Source: Nannocystis bainbridge (GTDB lineage: Bacteria; Myxococcota_A; Polyangia; Nannocystales; Nannocystaceae). Taken from it: a DNA stretch of 64,000 bases. The stretch's first letter is position 1, and each line of letters starts with the position of its first letter. Positions 23,705 to 33,669 of this stretch are shown here, piece after piece. Under the pieces are notes generated by a model. It made no database searches and was not told the origin of the DNA. It saw nothing but the letters and a program-made list of their open reading frames with translations. Location of the stretch: contig NZ_JAQNDL010000001.1 of assembly GCF_028368995.1 (NCBI RefSeq), forward strand, positions 544,001-608,000, given 5' to 3'. The position numbers and the translations under genes were made by a program.

Positions 23705-24358
23705 ATGCGAGAGCGGCGCTTCATCGAGGCTTTCACGGCGCCCCTGCTGGCGCTCGCGTGGCTCCTCGCCGACACGCCGACGGCGCTCGCGCGGGCCGAC
23801 GATCCGGACGCCGCGACGCTCGCCCGCGAACCGCCGCTCGAAGCCCCCCTGGGCAGCGCACCGCTCGCCAGCGAACCGCTGGACGTGTGGGTCAGCCCCG
23901 CGCGCCCGGGCACCGACGAGATCGTCACCGAGGTGCCCGTCGAGCCGCGCGAGCCGCCCACGAGCCCCGAGACCGCCCAGGTCGCCGCCGAGGCACCCGA
24001 CACTCCGACCGTATTGCCGGTGGTGGAGACCATCCAGATCGCCGCCGAGAAGCCGCGTCGCCCGCGTCGCCCGCCGCTGCCCCCGGCCAAGCGCGAGCTC
24101 CGGCAGGCGCGCGGGCTGCTCGCCGGCGGCATCATCCTCGCCACGCTCTGCTCGGCCGGCTTCGGCTTCATCACCTATGCCCTGATAGCAGGCCGCGATC
24201 GATTCAACGACCGCTCGCGCAGCGGCGCATACACCATGCTCGGCGCCACCTTCAGCTGCACCCTCGCCTCGGCCGCGGGGATCGGCGTCGGGGCCCGGAA
24301 GCTGCGCAGCCTCAAGGGCCGCGTCGCGTGGACCGGCGGGCTCGGGCTCCGCTTCTAG
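23705..24358 (+). CDS. Hypothetical exported/membrane protein
   Basis: Signal peptide, Pro-rich linker, two Gly-rich hydrophobic segments, ends GLGLRF. Confidence 0.7.
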   Translation: MRERRFIEAFTAPLLALAWLLADTPTALARADDPDAATLAREPPLEAPLGSAPLASEPLDVWVSPARPGTDEIVTEVPVEPREPPTSPETAQVAAEAPDTPTVLPVVETIQIAAEKPRRPRRPPLPPAKRELRQARGLLAGGIILATLCSAGFGFITYALIAGRDRFNDRSRSGAYTMLGATFSCTLASAAGIGVGARKLRSLKGRVAWTGGLGLRF

Positions 24359-24573
24359 CGGACCGGCTCAGCGGTGCGCCTTGAACCTGGGCGGCCTGCT
24401 CGCACAGCGGCGAGCGCCGCGTCGACGGCCCGGCCGTCCCCGCTCATCCCACAAACAGGCGGAGGCTGCGACTCTCGCCCGTCCGGCCGGCGGAACTGCT
24501 CCGCGCCGACATCGCGGCCGGGAATCTATGGACGTCCGGTTGTGATCGGCCCAGCATTTGCCATGGGCGCGAC

Positions 24574-25212
24574 ATGCTCACCGAACTCCTCATCGCCGTC
24601 TCGCTGTTCGCGGCGCCCGCTGCCGGTCCCGCGCCCGCCACGCCGGACGAGTTCTTGGACAGGGCGGCCAGGGCGAACGATGTCACCGAGGCTGACTTCG
24701 AGGCCGTGTTGAACGACCTCGAATTGTCGATCGACCTTCATCATGTCGACGCCTTCGTGGAGACCGCGCACGGAATCCACATGCAGGTCGATTATCCCAT
24801 CGCGCTCGGTCACGTGACAATTACCATGCGCATGGGCGAGGAGGGTACCGGCGTGGCGCGACTGACTCTCAACCAGCGCGTGCTCGCCGAGCAGAAATTC
24901 GTAGACGGCAAAGTCATCACGGAGAGCACCGCGTTCGGCGCTCTCACCGATGAGGAAGCGTATCTCCTGGTCGCAAGCGTCTATCAGGTCTGGGACCACG
25001 AGGTCGTCATCAAGGCCCTGGCGGAGACGCGAGGGCTGCTTTGCGGTCTCGCGGCCGGAATCAGCTTCCTGGCAATTTCCGCCGGCGTGTTCGCTGGCTG
25101 CGAATTGGCAACGTCAGGCCTCGGCACCGCCGCCTGTGTCACTCTGGGCGGCGGGCTGGGGACGCAGACCGGGGCCATCGTGCATGACAAATGCAAGAAG
25201 GCGCAGAACTAG
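24574..25212 (+). CDS. Secreted hypothetical protein with a Gly/Cys-rich hydrophobic C-terminus
   Basis: Signal peptide; C-terminal LLCGLAAG...AGCELATSGLGTAACVTLGGGLG...DKCKK. Confidence 0.7.
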   Translation: MLTELLIAVSLFAAPAAGPAPATPDEFLDRAARANDVTEADFEAVLNDLELSIDLHHVDAFVETAHGIHMQVDYPIALGHVTITMRMGEEGTGVARLTLNQRVLAEQKFVDGKVITESTAFGALTDEEAYLLVASVYQVWDHEVVIKALAETRGLLCGLAAGISFLAISAGVFAGCELATSGLGTAACVTLGGGLGTQTGAIVHDKCKKAQN

Positions 25213-25226
25213 CCGAGACGGGGCCC

Positions 25227-25907
25227 ATGTCTGCGCTCAGGGTTTATACGCCGCTCCCCCCCCAGCCTTGGGGCTGGTTGCCGACTGACCAATTCTGGGC
25301 GCGGGCATTGCTGACACCCATCGCGCTCATCTTCTGGTTGCCCTTCGCCGTCTTCGTCTTTCCGCTCACGCTGCATTTTAACGTGGCCTGGTGGCAGACC
25401 GCGCTGGGCTTCTACCTATACCATCAACTCTGGGGGGGGCTCGTGGAGCGGCTTGCCCGCAGGCGGTTCGCCCAGCTTCATCGGCGCGTGCTGGTCGCTG
25501 ATGCGGGTATAGAGACCTCATCGACGGAGGAAGTGCGTGCGCCCGTCTCTCGTTTGAGCGGGCTCGATGACTACGAGGACTTCATGACCCGGTGGTTCGG
25601 GAGATACGACCGCCTGGTCCATCACGTCTTCCACCTCGCGTTCCTCGTCTTCATGTTCTACCCAGGCTGGTGGACGAAGGCCCTGGGGGTCCTGTGGATC
25701 CTCGGCTTTACCAAGTTCGTCCGCGCATCCACTCGGCGCCAGCGACTCCATTCGCCTGTGGACCCGGTCCTCCCTGCGACGCCTACTGCGTGTGGCGTTG
25801 GGTCGTGGGAACGCCGGCAGACGATAGCGGCTGTTGGGGAGATGCCCCACCCGGCGCTGGAGGGCGACGACAGACGACCAGGCGACCCGCACGAGCGCGT
25901 CGGGTGA
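25227..25907 (+). CDS. Hypothetical membrane protein (about 4 TM)
   Basis: Aromatic-rich hydrophobic segments; 14 bp downstream of the previous gene. Confidence 0.65.
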   Translation: MSALRVYTPLPPQPWGWLPTDQFWARALLTPIALIFWLPFAVFVFPLTLHFNVAWWQTALGFYLYHQLWGGLVERLARRRFAQLHRRVLVADAGIETSSTEEVRAPVSRLSGLDDYEDFMTRWFGRYDRLVHHVFHLAFLVFMFYPGWWTKALGVLWILGFTKFVRASTRRQRLHSPVDPVLPATPTACGVGSWERRQTIAAVGEMPHPALEGDDRRPGDPHERVG

Positions 25908-26060
25908 GCCCCGCCTGCGGAGCGCGCCCGGAGCCCCGTCGTGGCTCGGAACAGTTTCGCGGGCCGGGTGCCGAACTACCCACTACCGCGCCTGCGCTCG
26001 CGCGAGCCGTCGACGCCAGGCGCGACGGCTGAACTGCCTCGCGCCGCCGATGCGGCGCGC

Positions 26061-26429
26061 TCACACGTGCTGGTCGAACAGGATCGGGTTGCCGTCGGGA
26101 TCGACGACCACGAAGCTGGCCGGCCCGGTCGTCGTCTCGTCGGCCGCGGTGATCGGCTCGATGCCCTCGGCGCGGAGCCGGCGCTGCAGCTCGCGCACGT
26201 CGACGAACGCCGGCAGCCTATTGCAGTCGCTGTCCCACCCGGGGTTGAACGTGAGGATGTTGCGCTCGAACATCCCCTGGAACAGGCCGACGATCGCCGC
26301 CCCGCTCTTGAGGATCGCGTAGCTGCTCCCGTTGCCGGCCACGACCTCGAACCCGAGCTTTTGATAGAAGCTGCGGGACACCGCGAGGTCCTTGACGGTG
26401 AGGCTGACCGAGAAATTTCCGAGGGGCAT
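26061..26429 (-). CDS. VOC/glyoxalase family protein
   Basis: LGNFSVSLTVKDL...FYQKLGF...GLFQGMFERNILTFNPGWD...DPDGNPILFDQH. Confidence 0.92.
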   Translation of the reverse strand: MPLGNFSVSLTVKDLAVSRSFYQKLGFEVVAGNGSSYAILKSGAAIVGLFQGMFERNILTFNPGWDSDCNRLPAFVDVRELQRRLRAEGIEPITAADETTTGPASFVVVDPDGNPILFDQHV

Positions 26430-26553
26430 GCTCTGATGCGTGGTCACGGGGCGCACTCTATGCTTTCGCGGTCATCGTGTCCTCGCCGGACTGACCATTC
26501 GATCGCGGCGAGAATTACGGCGCCAGCGCCGGCGGGCTGGCGCCGCGCGCGGC

Positions 26554-27723
26554 TCAGGGCCGCAGCACCACCTTGATGCAGCCGTCCTGCTTGTCGCGGA
26601 ACGTCTTGTACGCCTCGGGCGCTTGCTCGAGCGGCAGGCGGTGCGTGACCACGAACGACGGGTCGATCGCGCCGGCCTCGATCTTCTCGAGCAGCGGCCG
26701 CAGGTAGCGCTGGACCGGCGTCTGGCCCATGCGGAAGGTCAGGCCCTTGTTGACCGCGGCGCCCATCGGCATTTTGTCGACCGCGCCGACGTAGACGCCG
26801 GGGATCGACAGCGTGCCGAACTTGCGGCAGCACATGATCGCCTCGCGCAGCACGTGGGCGCGGTCGGTCGCCAGGTTGACCGCGGTTTTGACCTTGTCCA
26901 TCACCGCGTCGGCGCTGCCGGCCCCGTGGGCCTCGCAGCCGACGGCGTCGATGCAGCGATCGGGGCCGCGGCCGCCGGTCAATTCCATCAGTCGGTCGTA
27001 GACCTTCGTCTCGTCGAAGTTGATCGTCTCCGCCTTGCCGGCCTCTGCCATGCGCAGGCGCTCGGGCACGCGATCGATCGCCACCACCCGGCCCGCGCCG
27101 AGCATCCAGGCGCTGCGGATCGCCATCTGCGCCACCGGCCCGCAGCCCCAGATCGCCACCGTGTCGCCCGGCTCGATGCCGCACAGCTCGGCCGCGAAGT
27201 AGCCGGTCGGGAAGATGTCGGAGAGGAACAGCACCTGCTCGTCGCTGAGCCCCGAGTCGATCTTGATCGGGCCGACGTCGGCGTAGGGCACCCGCAGGTA
27301 CTGGGCCTGCCCGCCGGCGAACCCGCCGAGCATGTGCGAATAGCCGAGCAGGCCCGCGGGCGACTGGCCCATCGCCTCGCGGGCCATGTGCGCGTTCGGG
27401 TTGCTGACGTCGCAGCCGCTGTGCTCGCCGCGCCGGCAGAAGAAGCACGAGCCGCAGGCGAGCACGAACGGGACCACCACGCGGTCGCCCTTCTTGAGGT
27501 TCGTGACCGCCTTGCCGACCTCCACCACCTCGCCCATCGGCTCGTGGCCGAGGATGTCGCCGGACTCCATGGTCGGCATGAACCCGTCATAGAGATGCAG
27601 GTCCGAGCCGCAGATCGCCGTGGCCGTGACCCGGATGATGATGTCGCGCGAGTCGAGGATCGTGGGATCGGGGACATCGTCGACGCGGACGTCGCCCTTG
27701 CCGTGCCAGCACAGTGCTCTCAT
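26554..27723 (-). CDS. Zn-dependent alcohol/formaldehyde dehydrogenase
   Basis: ICGSDLH, GHEPMG, CGSCFFC, SDIFPTG, GCGPV. Confidence 0.95.
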   Translation of the reverse strand: MRALCWHGKGDVRVDDVPDPTILDSRDIIIRVTATAICGSDLHLYDGFMPTMESGDILGHEPMGEVVEVGKAVTNLKKGDRVVVPFVLACGSCFFCRRGEHSGCDVSNPNAHMAREAMGQSPAGLLGYSHMLGGFAGGQAQYLRVPYADVGPIKIDSGLSDEQVLFLSDIFPTGYFAAELCGIEPGDTVAIWGCGPVAQMAIRSAWMLGAGRVVAIDRVPERLRMAEAGKAETINFDETKVYDRLMELTGGRGPDRCIDAVGCEAHGAGSADAVMDKVKTAVNLATDRAHVLREAIMCCRKFGTLSIPGVYVGAVDKMPMGAAVNKGLTFRMGQTPVQRYLRPLLEKIEAGAIDPSFVVTHRLPLEQAPEAYKTFRDKQDGCIKVVLRP

Positions 27724-28284
27724 GACGGTGTTCTCCAGTGCGATGAAAATTCGCGGGCGACCGCTCGCATTCCCGCCGCCGCCACGACCACCGCAAACCT
27801 GAGCGATCGCGGTGCGGGTGCAACGAACTCGCCGTCGCCGATCGTGCGAGCTCGGCCGGGAGGCGCCGGGGCCCGCGTCGCCCCCCGCCCTCGCGCCCCC
27901 CGCCGGAGAAGGTCGAGAAATGGCCGGGATCCAGCGACCACGACCGTTCGCAGCGCCACCGCGCGCGGGCCGCAACGGTCCCCGGCGCGCATTTTCCATC
28001 GTTCGCGCCGCCGCTCCTCGGACCTCTACAGCGAGCAGAGCCGGCCGGGCCGGCCCGCGGGGTGCCATGAATCGAGCCGGTCTCTCCGCCTCGCTGTCAC
28101 TTTCCCGGGGTTTTTACTCGTTCGGCGGCGGGCGGATGATCCTCGCATTCGGGGCCCGGCGGGCGCCTCGCTCGCAGCCCTCGCGCGAATGCTCGATCTC
28201 GGCTTGCTCGCCACGGTCTCCTGCCTACAGTTCTCGTGGCAGTTGCATCCGCCTGCGGGCGGGGAGCGACAAGGAGATTTTGTC

Positions 28285-28764
28285 ATGACGAAGCGAACGA
28301 TCTACGACATCCTGAAGCGAGAGCACGAAGAGGTCAGCGAGCTGTTTCACGAGCTCGAGGAGGCCGAGGGCGCCGAGGCCCTCGCGCTGTACTCCCAGCT
28401 CAAGCTGAAGCTGGTGCCGCACGCCAAGGCGGAGGAGGCCGTGGTCTACCCGCGATTCCTGCAGGAGTCGCAGGCCGTCGACATCACCCGCGAGGGCATC
28501 GAGGAGCACAAGCAGGTCGACCACCTGCTGGCCGAGCTCGACGGGACCAGCACCGACGCCGAGAACTGGACGGCCAAGATCAAGGTGCTCGCCGACATGG
28601 TCGGCCACCACGTCGACGAGGAGGAGCTGCAGATGTTCCCGCTGGCCCAGCAGAGCCTGTCGGAGCGCGACGCGGCGCAGCTGGCCGACGCTTACGAGCG
28701 CGAGCGCGACGCGTGGATCGAACACATGAAGGCGGCCGAGCAGCGACGCACGGCGGCCGCGTGA
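28285..28764 (+). CDS. Hemerythrin/HHE domain protein
   Basis: AAGGAG RBS; EHEEV, HAKAEEAVVYP, EEHKQ, HHVDEEE. Confidence 0.92.
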   Translation: MTKRTIYDILKREHEEVSELFHELEEAEGAEALALYSQLKLKLVPHAKAEEAVVYPRFLQESQAVDITREGIEEHKQVDHLLAELDGTSTDAENWTAKIKVLADMVGHHVDEEELQMFPLAQQSLSERDAAQLADAYERERDAWIEHMKAAEQRRTAAA

Positions 28765-28803
28765 CACCGGAACAGGGAAGCAAGGGAGGAGGAGGAGGAA
28801 GCC

Positions 28804-28986
28804 ATGTCTGACGACCCGAACATCAACGGTCCGCAGGACCGCAAGCTCATCAACGTCCACCAGGAGCACGAAGTCCGCTCGTGGACGAGAGCGCTCAATA
28901 CGACCCCGGAGAAGCTGCGCGAGGCCGTCCAGGCGGTCGGGACCTCGGCCGAGCGGGTCCGCGAGTACCTCCAGGGTAATCAATGA
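28804..28986 (+). CDS. DUF3606 small protein
   Basis: MSDD...GPQDRKLINVHQEHEVRSW...EKLREAVQAVG; strong GGAGG RBS. Confidence 0.9.
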   Translation: MSDDPNINGPQDRKLINVHQEHEVRSWTRALNTTPEKLREAVQAVGTSAERVREYLQGNQ

Positions 28987-29036
28987 CCCGGTGACTCGTA
29001 CCCGCAGGCGGGCTCACGCGACGCGTGGGCTCGCCT

Positions 29037-30020
29037 TCAATTGTGCGCATAACCGTGGGGATGCGCCCGCATCCAGCTCCACGCCGAATCGATGATCTTG
29101 GCCAGCGCCCCGGGCCGCGGGTGCCAGCCCAGCTCCTTCTCGATGCGCGTCGAGCTGGCGACCAGGACCGCCGGATCGCCGGCCCTGCGCGCGCCGACGC
29201 GGACCGGGATCGCGGCCCCGGTGACCTCGCGCGCCACGTCGAGGACCTCGCGCACGCTGTAGCCGGCGCCGCCGCAGCCGAGGTTGTAGGTGCAGCTGCC
29301 GCGCTCCAGGCCGTCCAGGGCCAGGACGTGCGCGCGCGCCAGATCGACGACGTGCACGTAGTCCCGCACGCAGGTGCCGTCGGGGGTCGGATAATCGTCG
29401 CCGAACACTGTCACGTGGGGCGAGCGCCCGGCCGCGACCTGCAGGACCAGCGGGATCAGGTGCGTCTCCGGATCGTGGACCTCCCCGCAGCGGGCGCTCG
29501 CCCCGGCCGCGTTGAAGTAGCGCAGCGAGGCCGAGCGCAGGCCGTGGGCCCCGCCGTACCACGCCAGCGCGCGCTCGAGCGCGAGCTTGGTCTCGCCATA
29601 CGGATTGGTCGGTCGCGTCGCCGCGGTCTCCTCGATCGGCTGGCGCTCGGGCTCGCCGTAGACCGCCGCGGTCGACGAGAACACCAGGCGCAGCACCCCG
29701 ACCTCGACCATGGCGTCGAGCAGGCCGAGGCCGGCGACCATGTTGTTGTTGTAGTATTTCTCGGGCCGCTGCACCGATTCGCCGACCAGCGAGTCGGCCG
29801 CCATGTGGACCACCGCCTCGATCCGCGCCTCGCGCAAGATCTGGCGCAGCCGCGTCGGCTCGCGCAGGTCGGCGCGGATCAGCTCGACCTCGGGCGGCAC
29901 GGCGTCGGCGTGGCCCTTGCTGAGGTTGTCGATGACGGTGACCGCGTGGCCGGCCGCGAGCAGCTCTTCCACGACCACGCTGCCGATGTAGCCGGCGCCG
30001 CCGGTGACGAGGATGTGCAT
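29037..30020 (-). CDS. galE: UDP-glucose 4-epimerase
   Basis: ILVTGGAGYIGS, FSSTAAVYG, YGETK, LRYFNAAGA, RDYVHV. Confidence 0.95.
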   Translation of the reverse strand: MHILVTGGAGYIGSVVVEELLAAGHAVTVIDNLSKGHADAVPPEVELIRADLREPTRLRQILREARIEAVVHMAADSLVGESVQRPEKYYNNNMVAGLGLLDAMVEVGVLRLVFSSTAAVYGEPERQPIEETAATRPTNPYGETKLALERALAWYGGAHGLRSASLRYFNAAGASARCGEVHDPETHLIPLVLQVAAGRSPHVTVFGDDYPTPDGTCVRDYVHVVDLARAHVLALDGLERGSCTYNLGCGGAGYSVREVLDVAREVTGAAIPVRVGARRAGDPAVLVASSTRIEKELGWHPRPGALAKIIDSAWSWMRAHPHGYAHN

Positions 30021-30022
30021 GC

Positions 30023-31381
30023 TCAGGCTCCTGGCGGGACGGCCGCGTCCGCGTGGTGGGGGGTCTCTCGCCCGCTGCTGGCGGGCGACGGGTAGATCAG
30101 GCGCGACGGCTGGCGCCACCAGCCGGGCACCGCGAGCGCCGGGTGGCGGGCGGTCTCGCCGCGGGCCAGGCCCGCGAGGTAGCGCGCCAGCTCGGTGGGC
30201 CTCGGGGTCCCGTCGCGCACGTCGAAGGCGCCGGGCTCGTATCGACCGGTCTCGCGGGTCACCAGGCAGTGCCAGTCGAACGCGCCGAACAGCGACCACG
30301 CCGTGACCGCGCGGACGTCGACCCCGGCCTCGCGGCAGCGCAGCGCCGCGCGCCACAGCTCGTCGAACCAGCGGATCTGCTCGTCGACGTGGCAGGCGAG
30401 GTGGGCCTCGGTGACGGCGATCGGGAGGCCGTAGCGCGCCGCCAGCTCGCACAGCAGCTCGTACGGGCCCGGCACCGCGTCGTCGCACACGCGGACCGCC
30501 TCGACGTCGACGTAGTGGTGGCGGCCGTTGCCGCCGACGAGGCCGGCCGGGTAGTGCTCGATACGGTCGTCGAGGAACCGCACGCTGGTGACGTAGTGAT
30601 TGACGCCGAGCAGGTCCGGCGGCGGCTGGTCGCGCAATTCGGCGAGCTCGCCCTCGGTCACCCCGAACTTCAGCAAATAGGGGTACAGCGGGTGGTCACG
30701 CCCGACCCGGCCGCCCAGCAGGTCGTGCGAAAGAAACCGCCGCCGGTTCTCGAACTCCGCCTGGTACCGCAGCGCGGGCGTCGAGAGCGTGGCCCCGAGG
30801 TCCTCGGTGTGCAGCAGCCGCGCCGCGGGGTTGATGCGCTGGATCTCCCGCATCGCCCGCTGGGTCGCCAGACACTGGTGAATCAGCGCCCGGCAGAACG
30901 AGGCGTCGCTGCGATGATGGGGGTACCAGTGGCCGTAAAGCCCGCTGAAGCGGGCCGTGGTCAGCGGCTCGTTGACGGGGGTGTAGAGCTCGACCCACGG
31001 GTAGCGCCGGGCCACCGCGCCGGCGAAATCGGCGAGCAGCCGCGGGAACTGCGGATCCAGCAGATCGGTGTGGCGCGGCCCGCTGCCGTGATGCACGAGC
31101 CCAACGATCGGGGTCACCCCGCGCGCGCGCAGCAGCCTCAGCCGGCGATCCGACCAGGCGAATTCGCGGCGGCCCGGGCTCGGCTCGGTGCGCTCCCACA
31201 GCACCGGGTAGCGGACCGCGCGGACCCCGAGGCCGGCGATCCTCTCGATGTCGCAGGGCCGGTGGTGGTGGCCGCTGGCGTGCAGCTGATCGTGCACGCG
31301 ATCGCCGACGCGATTGACCGTACATTCGACGCCGCCCCACAGGGCGAGCGGCGCCGGCTCCTGACGGGTGATCGTCGTCAT
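30023..31381 (-). CDS. Family 1 glycoside hydrolase-like protein
   Basis: LWGGVECTVNRV, TPVNEP (acid/base), AVTEAH (nucleophile). Confidence 0.88.
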   Translation of the reverse strand: MTTITRQEPAPLALWGGVECTVNRVGDRVHDQLHASGHHHRPCDIERIAGLGVRAVRYPVLWERTEPSPGRREFAWSDRRLRLLRARGVTPIVGLVHHGSGPRHTDLLDPQFPRLLADFAGAVARRYPWVELYTPVNEPLTTARFSGLYGHWYPHHRSDASFCRALIHQCLATQRAMREIQRINPAARLLHTEDLGATLSTPALRYQAEFENRRRFLSHDLLGGRVGRDHPLYPYLLKFGVTEGELAELRDQPPPDLLGVNHYVTSVRFLDDRIEHYPAGLVGGNGRHHYVDVEAVRVCDDAVPGPYELLCELAARYGLPIAVTEAHLACHVDEQIRWFDELWRAALRCREAGVDVRAVTAWSLFGAFDWHCLVTRETGRYEPGAFDVRDGTPRPTELARYLAGLARGETARHPALAVPGWWRQPSRLIYPSPASSGRETPHHADAAVPPGA

Positions 31382-31390
31382 GGCCTCGGG

Positions 31391-32479
31391 TCACCCGCGC
31401 AGCCGGGCGTAGAGCGTCAGCGCCTGAGCGACCACCTGGTCCATGTTGTAATAGCGGTAGGTGCCGAGCCGGCCGACGAAGTGGACCCCGGGGGTCGCGT
31501 CGGCGAGGGCCTTGTAGCGGCGGTAGAGCTCGGCGTTCTCGGGCCGCGGGATCGGGTAGTACGGGTCGCCGTCGTCGCACGGATACTCGTAGACGACGCT
31601 GGTCTTGCCGTGGTCCTGGCCCGTGAGGTACTTGAACTCGGTGATCCGCGTGTAGGGGTGCTCGTTGGGGTAATTGACGACCGGCGCGCGCTGAAACACC
31701 GGCTTGTCGACGGTCTCGTGGCGGAAGCGCAGCGAGCGATACGGCAGCTTGCCGAACCGATGATCGAAGTACTCGTCGACCGGGCCGGTGTAGATCAGCT
31801 CGCGGTAGCCGACCTCGCCGACGATCTCGCGGAAATCGGCGTTGAGCATCACCTTGATGTTGGGGTGCGCGAGCATGCGCTCGAACATGCGGGTGTAGCC
31901 GCGGCTCGGCATGGCCTGGTAGGTGTCGCCGAAGTAGCGGTCGTCGCGGTTGCTCCGCACCGGCACGCGCGCGGTCACGGAGGCGTCGAGCTCGCTGGGG
32001 TCGAGGCCCCACTGCTTGCGCGTGTAGTTGCGGAAGAACTTGGTGTAGAGCTCGCGGCCGACCCGGCTGACGATCACGTCCTCGGAGGTGCGCACGCACT
32101 CGACCCGCTCGGCGCGCTCGGCGAAGAACTGCTCGAGCTCGCTGGAGGACAGGCGCAGGCCGTACAGGCGATTGACGGTGTCGAGGTTGATCGGGACCGG
32201 GACGAGCTGGCCGTCGACGCTGGCGAGGACCCGGTGCTCGTAGGCCCGCCACTCGGTGAACCGGCCCAGATAGTCGAACACCTCGCTCGAGTTGGTGTGG
32301 AAGATGTGCGGCCCGTACTTGTGGACCAGGATGCCGCTGTCGTCGTAATGATCGTAGGCGTTGCCGGCGATGTGTGGGCGCCGGTCGACGACGAGGACGC
32401 GCTTGCCCGCGTCGGCGGCCAGGCGCTCCGCGAGCACGCTGCCAGCGAAGCCGGCGCCGACGATCAGATAGTCGAACAT
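31391..32479 (-). CDS. glf: UDP-galactopyranose mutase
   Basis: DYLIVGAGFAG, HKYGPHIFHT, GRLGTYRYYNMDQ. Confidence 0.96.
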   Translation of the reverse strand: MFDYLIVGAGFAGSVLAERLAADAGKRVLVVDRRPHIAGNAYDHYDDSGILVHKYGPHIFHTNSSEVFDYLGRFTEWRAYEHRVLASVDGQLVPVPINLDTVNRLYGLRLSSSELEQFFAERAERVECVRTSEDVIVSRVGRELYTKFFRNYTRKQWGLDPSELDASVTARVPVRSNRDDRYFGDTYQAMPSRGYTRMFERMLAHPNIKVMLNADFREIVGEVGYRELIYTGPVDEYFDHRFGKLPYRSLRFRHETVDKPVFQRAPVVNYPNEHPYTRITEFKYLTGQDHGKTSVVYEYPCDDGDPYYPIPRPENAELYRRYKALADATPGVHFVGRLGTYRYYNMDQVVAQALTLYARLRG

Positions 32480-33669
32480 GCCCCGCCCCTCGTGACACCG
32501 GACAGGTCGCCGCGCACGGCGGCGCCGATCAGCGACTCCATCTGCGCCCAGGTGTCGTCCCACGAGCCGCGCGCCAGGAATTCGTCGACCCGCTGCAGCC
32601 ACTCGCCGCGCCGCGGCCGTTGCAACGCGCGATCGATCGCGGCGACGAACGCGGCCGGCTCGTCGGCGATGTCGACGAGGCCTTCGCGGCCGTACGGGTC
32701 GACGACGTCGCGGATCGAGGTCGCCACCACCGGCCGCCCCGCCGCCAGGTACTCGGGCGTCTTGGTCGGGCTGATGTAGCGCGTCGAATCGTTGCGTGAA
32801 AACGGCATGATCGCCGCGTCCCACCCGGCCAGGTAGGCCGGCAGCTCGGCGTACGGCTTCTGCCCGAGGTAATGGATGTTGGGCCGCTTCGGCAGGCTCG
32901 ACGCCTCGATCTTGGCCACCGGCCCGATCATCACGAACTCGAGGCCCGGGCGCAGGTCGGCCGCCGCCGCCAGCAGATCGAGGTCGATGCGCTCGTCGAT
33001 GACGCCGCAGTAGCCGATCCGCGGCCGTCGCAGCTCCCGCTGGTCGGGCGGCTCGGGCTGGGGCGCGCGCGCCCGGCGAAAGTGGCTCACGTCGATGCTG
33101 CTCGGGAACAGATACGCGGTCGGCCGCACCACCTGCTTGGCCTCGTGGAGGCTGCGCCCGCCGGTGAACACGAGGTCGGCGCTGCGCAACAGGTCGCGCT
33201 CGCGCTCCCGCAGGGCCGGCGGCGCGCCCCAGAAGTTCGAGAGCTCGTCCATGCAATCGTACACGGTGGCGGCGGGGGCGAGGTGCCGGGTGAAGCCGAG
33301 CGCCATCGGCGTGTAGTACCAGAGGACATATTGACGCAGGCGATCGGCGACGATCAGATCGTCGATCAGGCAGCGCAACAGCATCTCGCTCTCGTCCTCG
33401 TCGACCTCGCGCGGCAGGTGGGGCACGATCACGTTCACGCCGCAGTCCCGCCGGCTGCGCTCGATCCGCGGCTGCGCGCCGCCGCGGTGCGGCTCCTCGA
33501 TGAAATACACCGGCCGGGCCCGGGCGCAGCGCGACAGCAGGTGCTGCGGGCGTTGATAGACGAAGTCCCAGCGGAGGTGCGACAGGCACACGAGGGCGTA
33601 GTCCGCGGCGGCCCGTGAGAGGCCCTGCGACCATCGATTCGGGACCTGCTCCTGATCGAGGTGATTCAT
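32464..33669 (-). CDS. Glycosyltransferase (GT-B, glf-associated)
   Basis: CLSHLRWDFVYQRPQHL, YDCMDELS, ISPTKTPEYLAAG. Confidence 0.92.
   Translation of the reverse strand: MNHLDQEQVPNRWSQGLSRAAADYALVCLSHLRWDFVYQRPQHLLSRCARARPVYFIEEPHRGGAQPRIERSRRDCGVNVIVPHLPREVDEDESEMLLRCLIDDLIVADRLRQYVLWYYTPMALGFTRHLAPAATVYDCMDELSNFWGAPPALRERERDLLRSADLVFTGGRSLHEAKQVVRPTAYLFPSSIDVSHFRRARAPQPEPPDQRELRRPRIGYCGVIDERIDLDLLAAAADLRPGLEFVMIGPVAKIEASSLPKRPNIHYLGQKPYAELPAYLAGWDAAIMPFSRNDSTRYISPTKTPEYLAAGRPVVATSIRDVVDPYGREGLVDIADEPAAFVAAIDRALQRPRRGEWLQRVDEFLARGSWDDTWAQMESLIGAAVRGDLSGVTRGGACSTI

Noticed and set aside
29007-29035. GGCGGG-CT-CACGCG palindrome as a target for IS110 loop 2
   Set aside because: The right half matches the loop-2 guide but the left half does not match GGGTCC; more likely a terminator hairpin between convergent genes.
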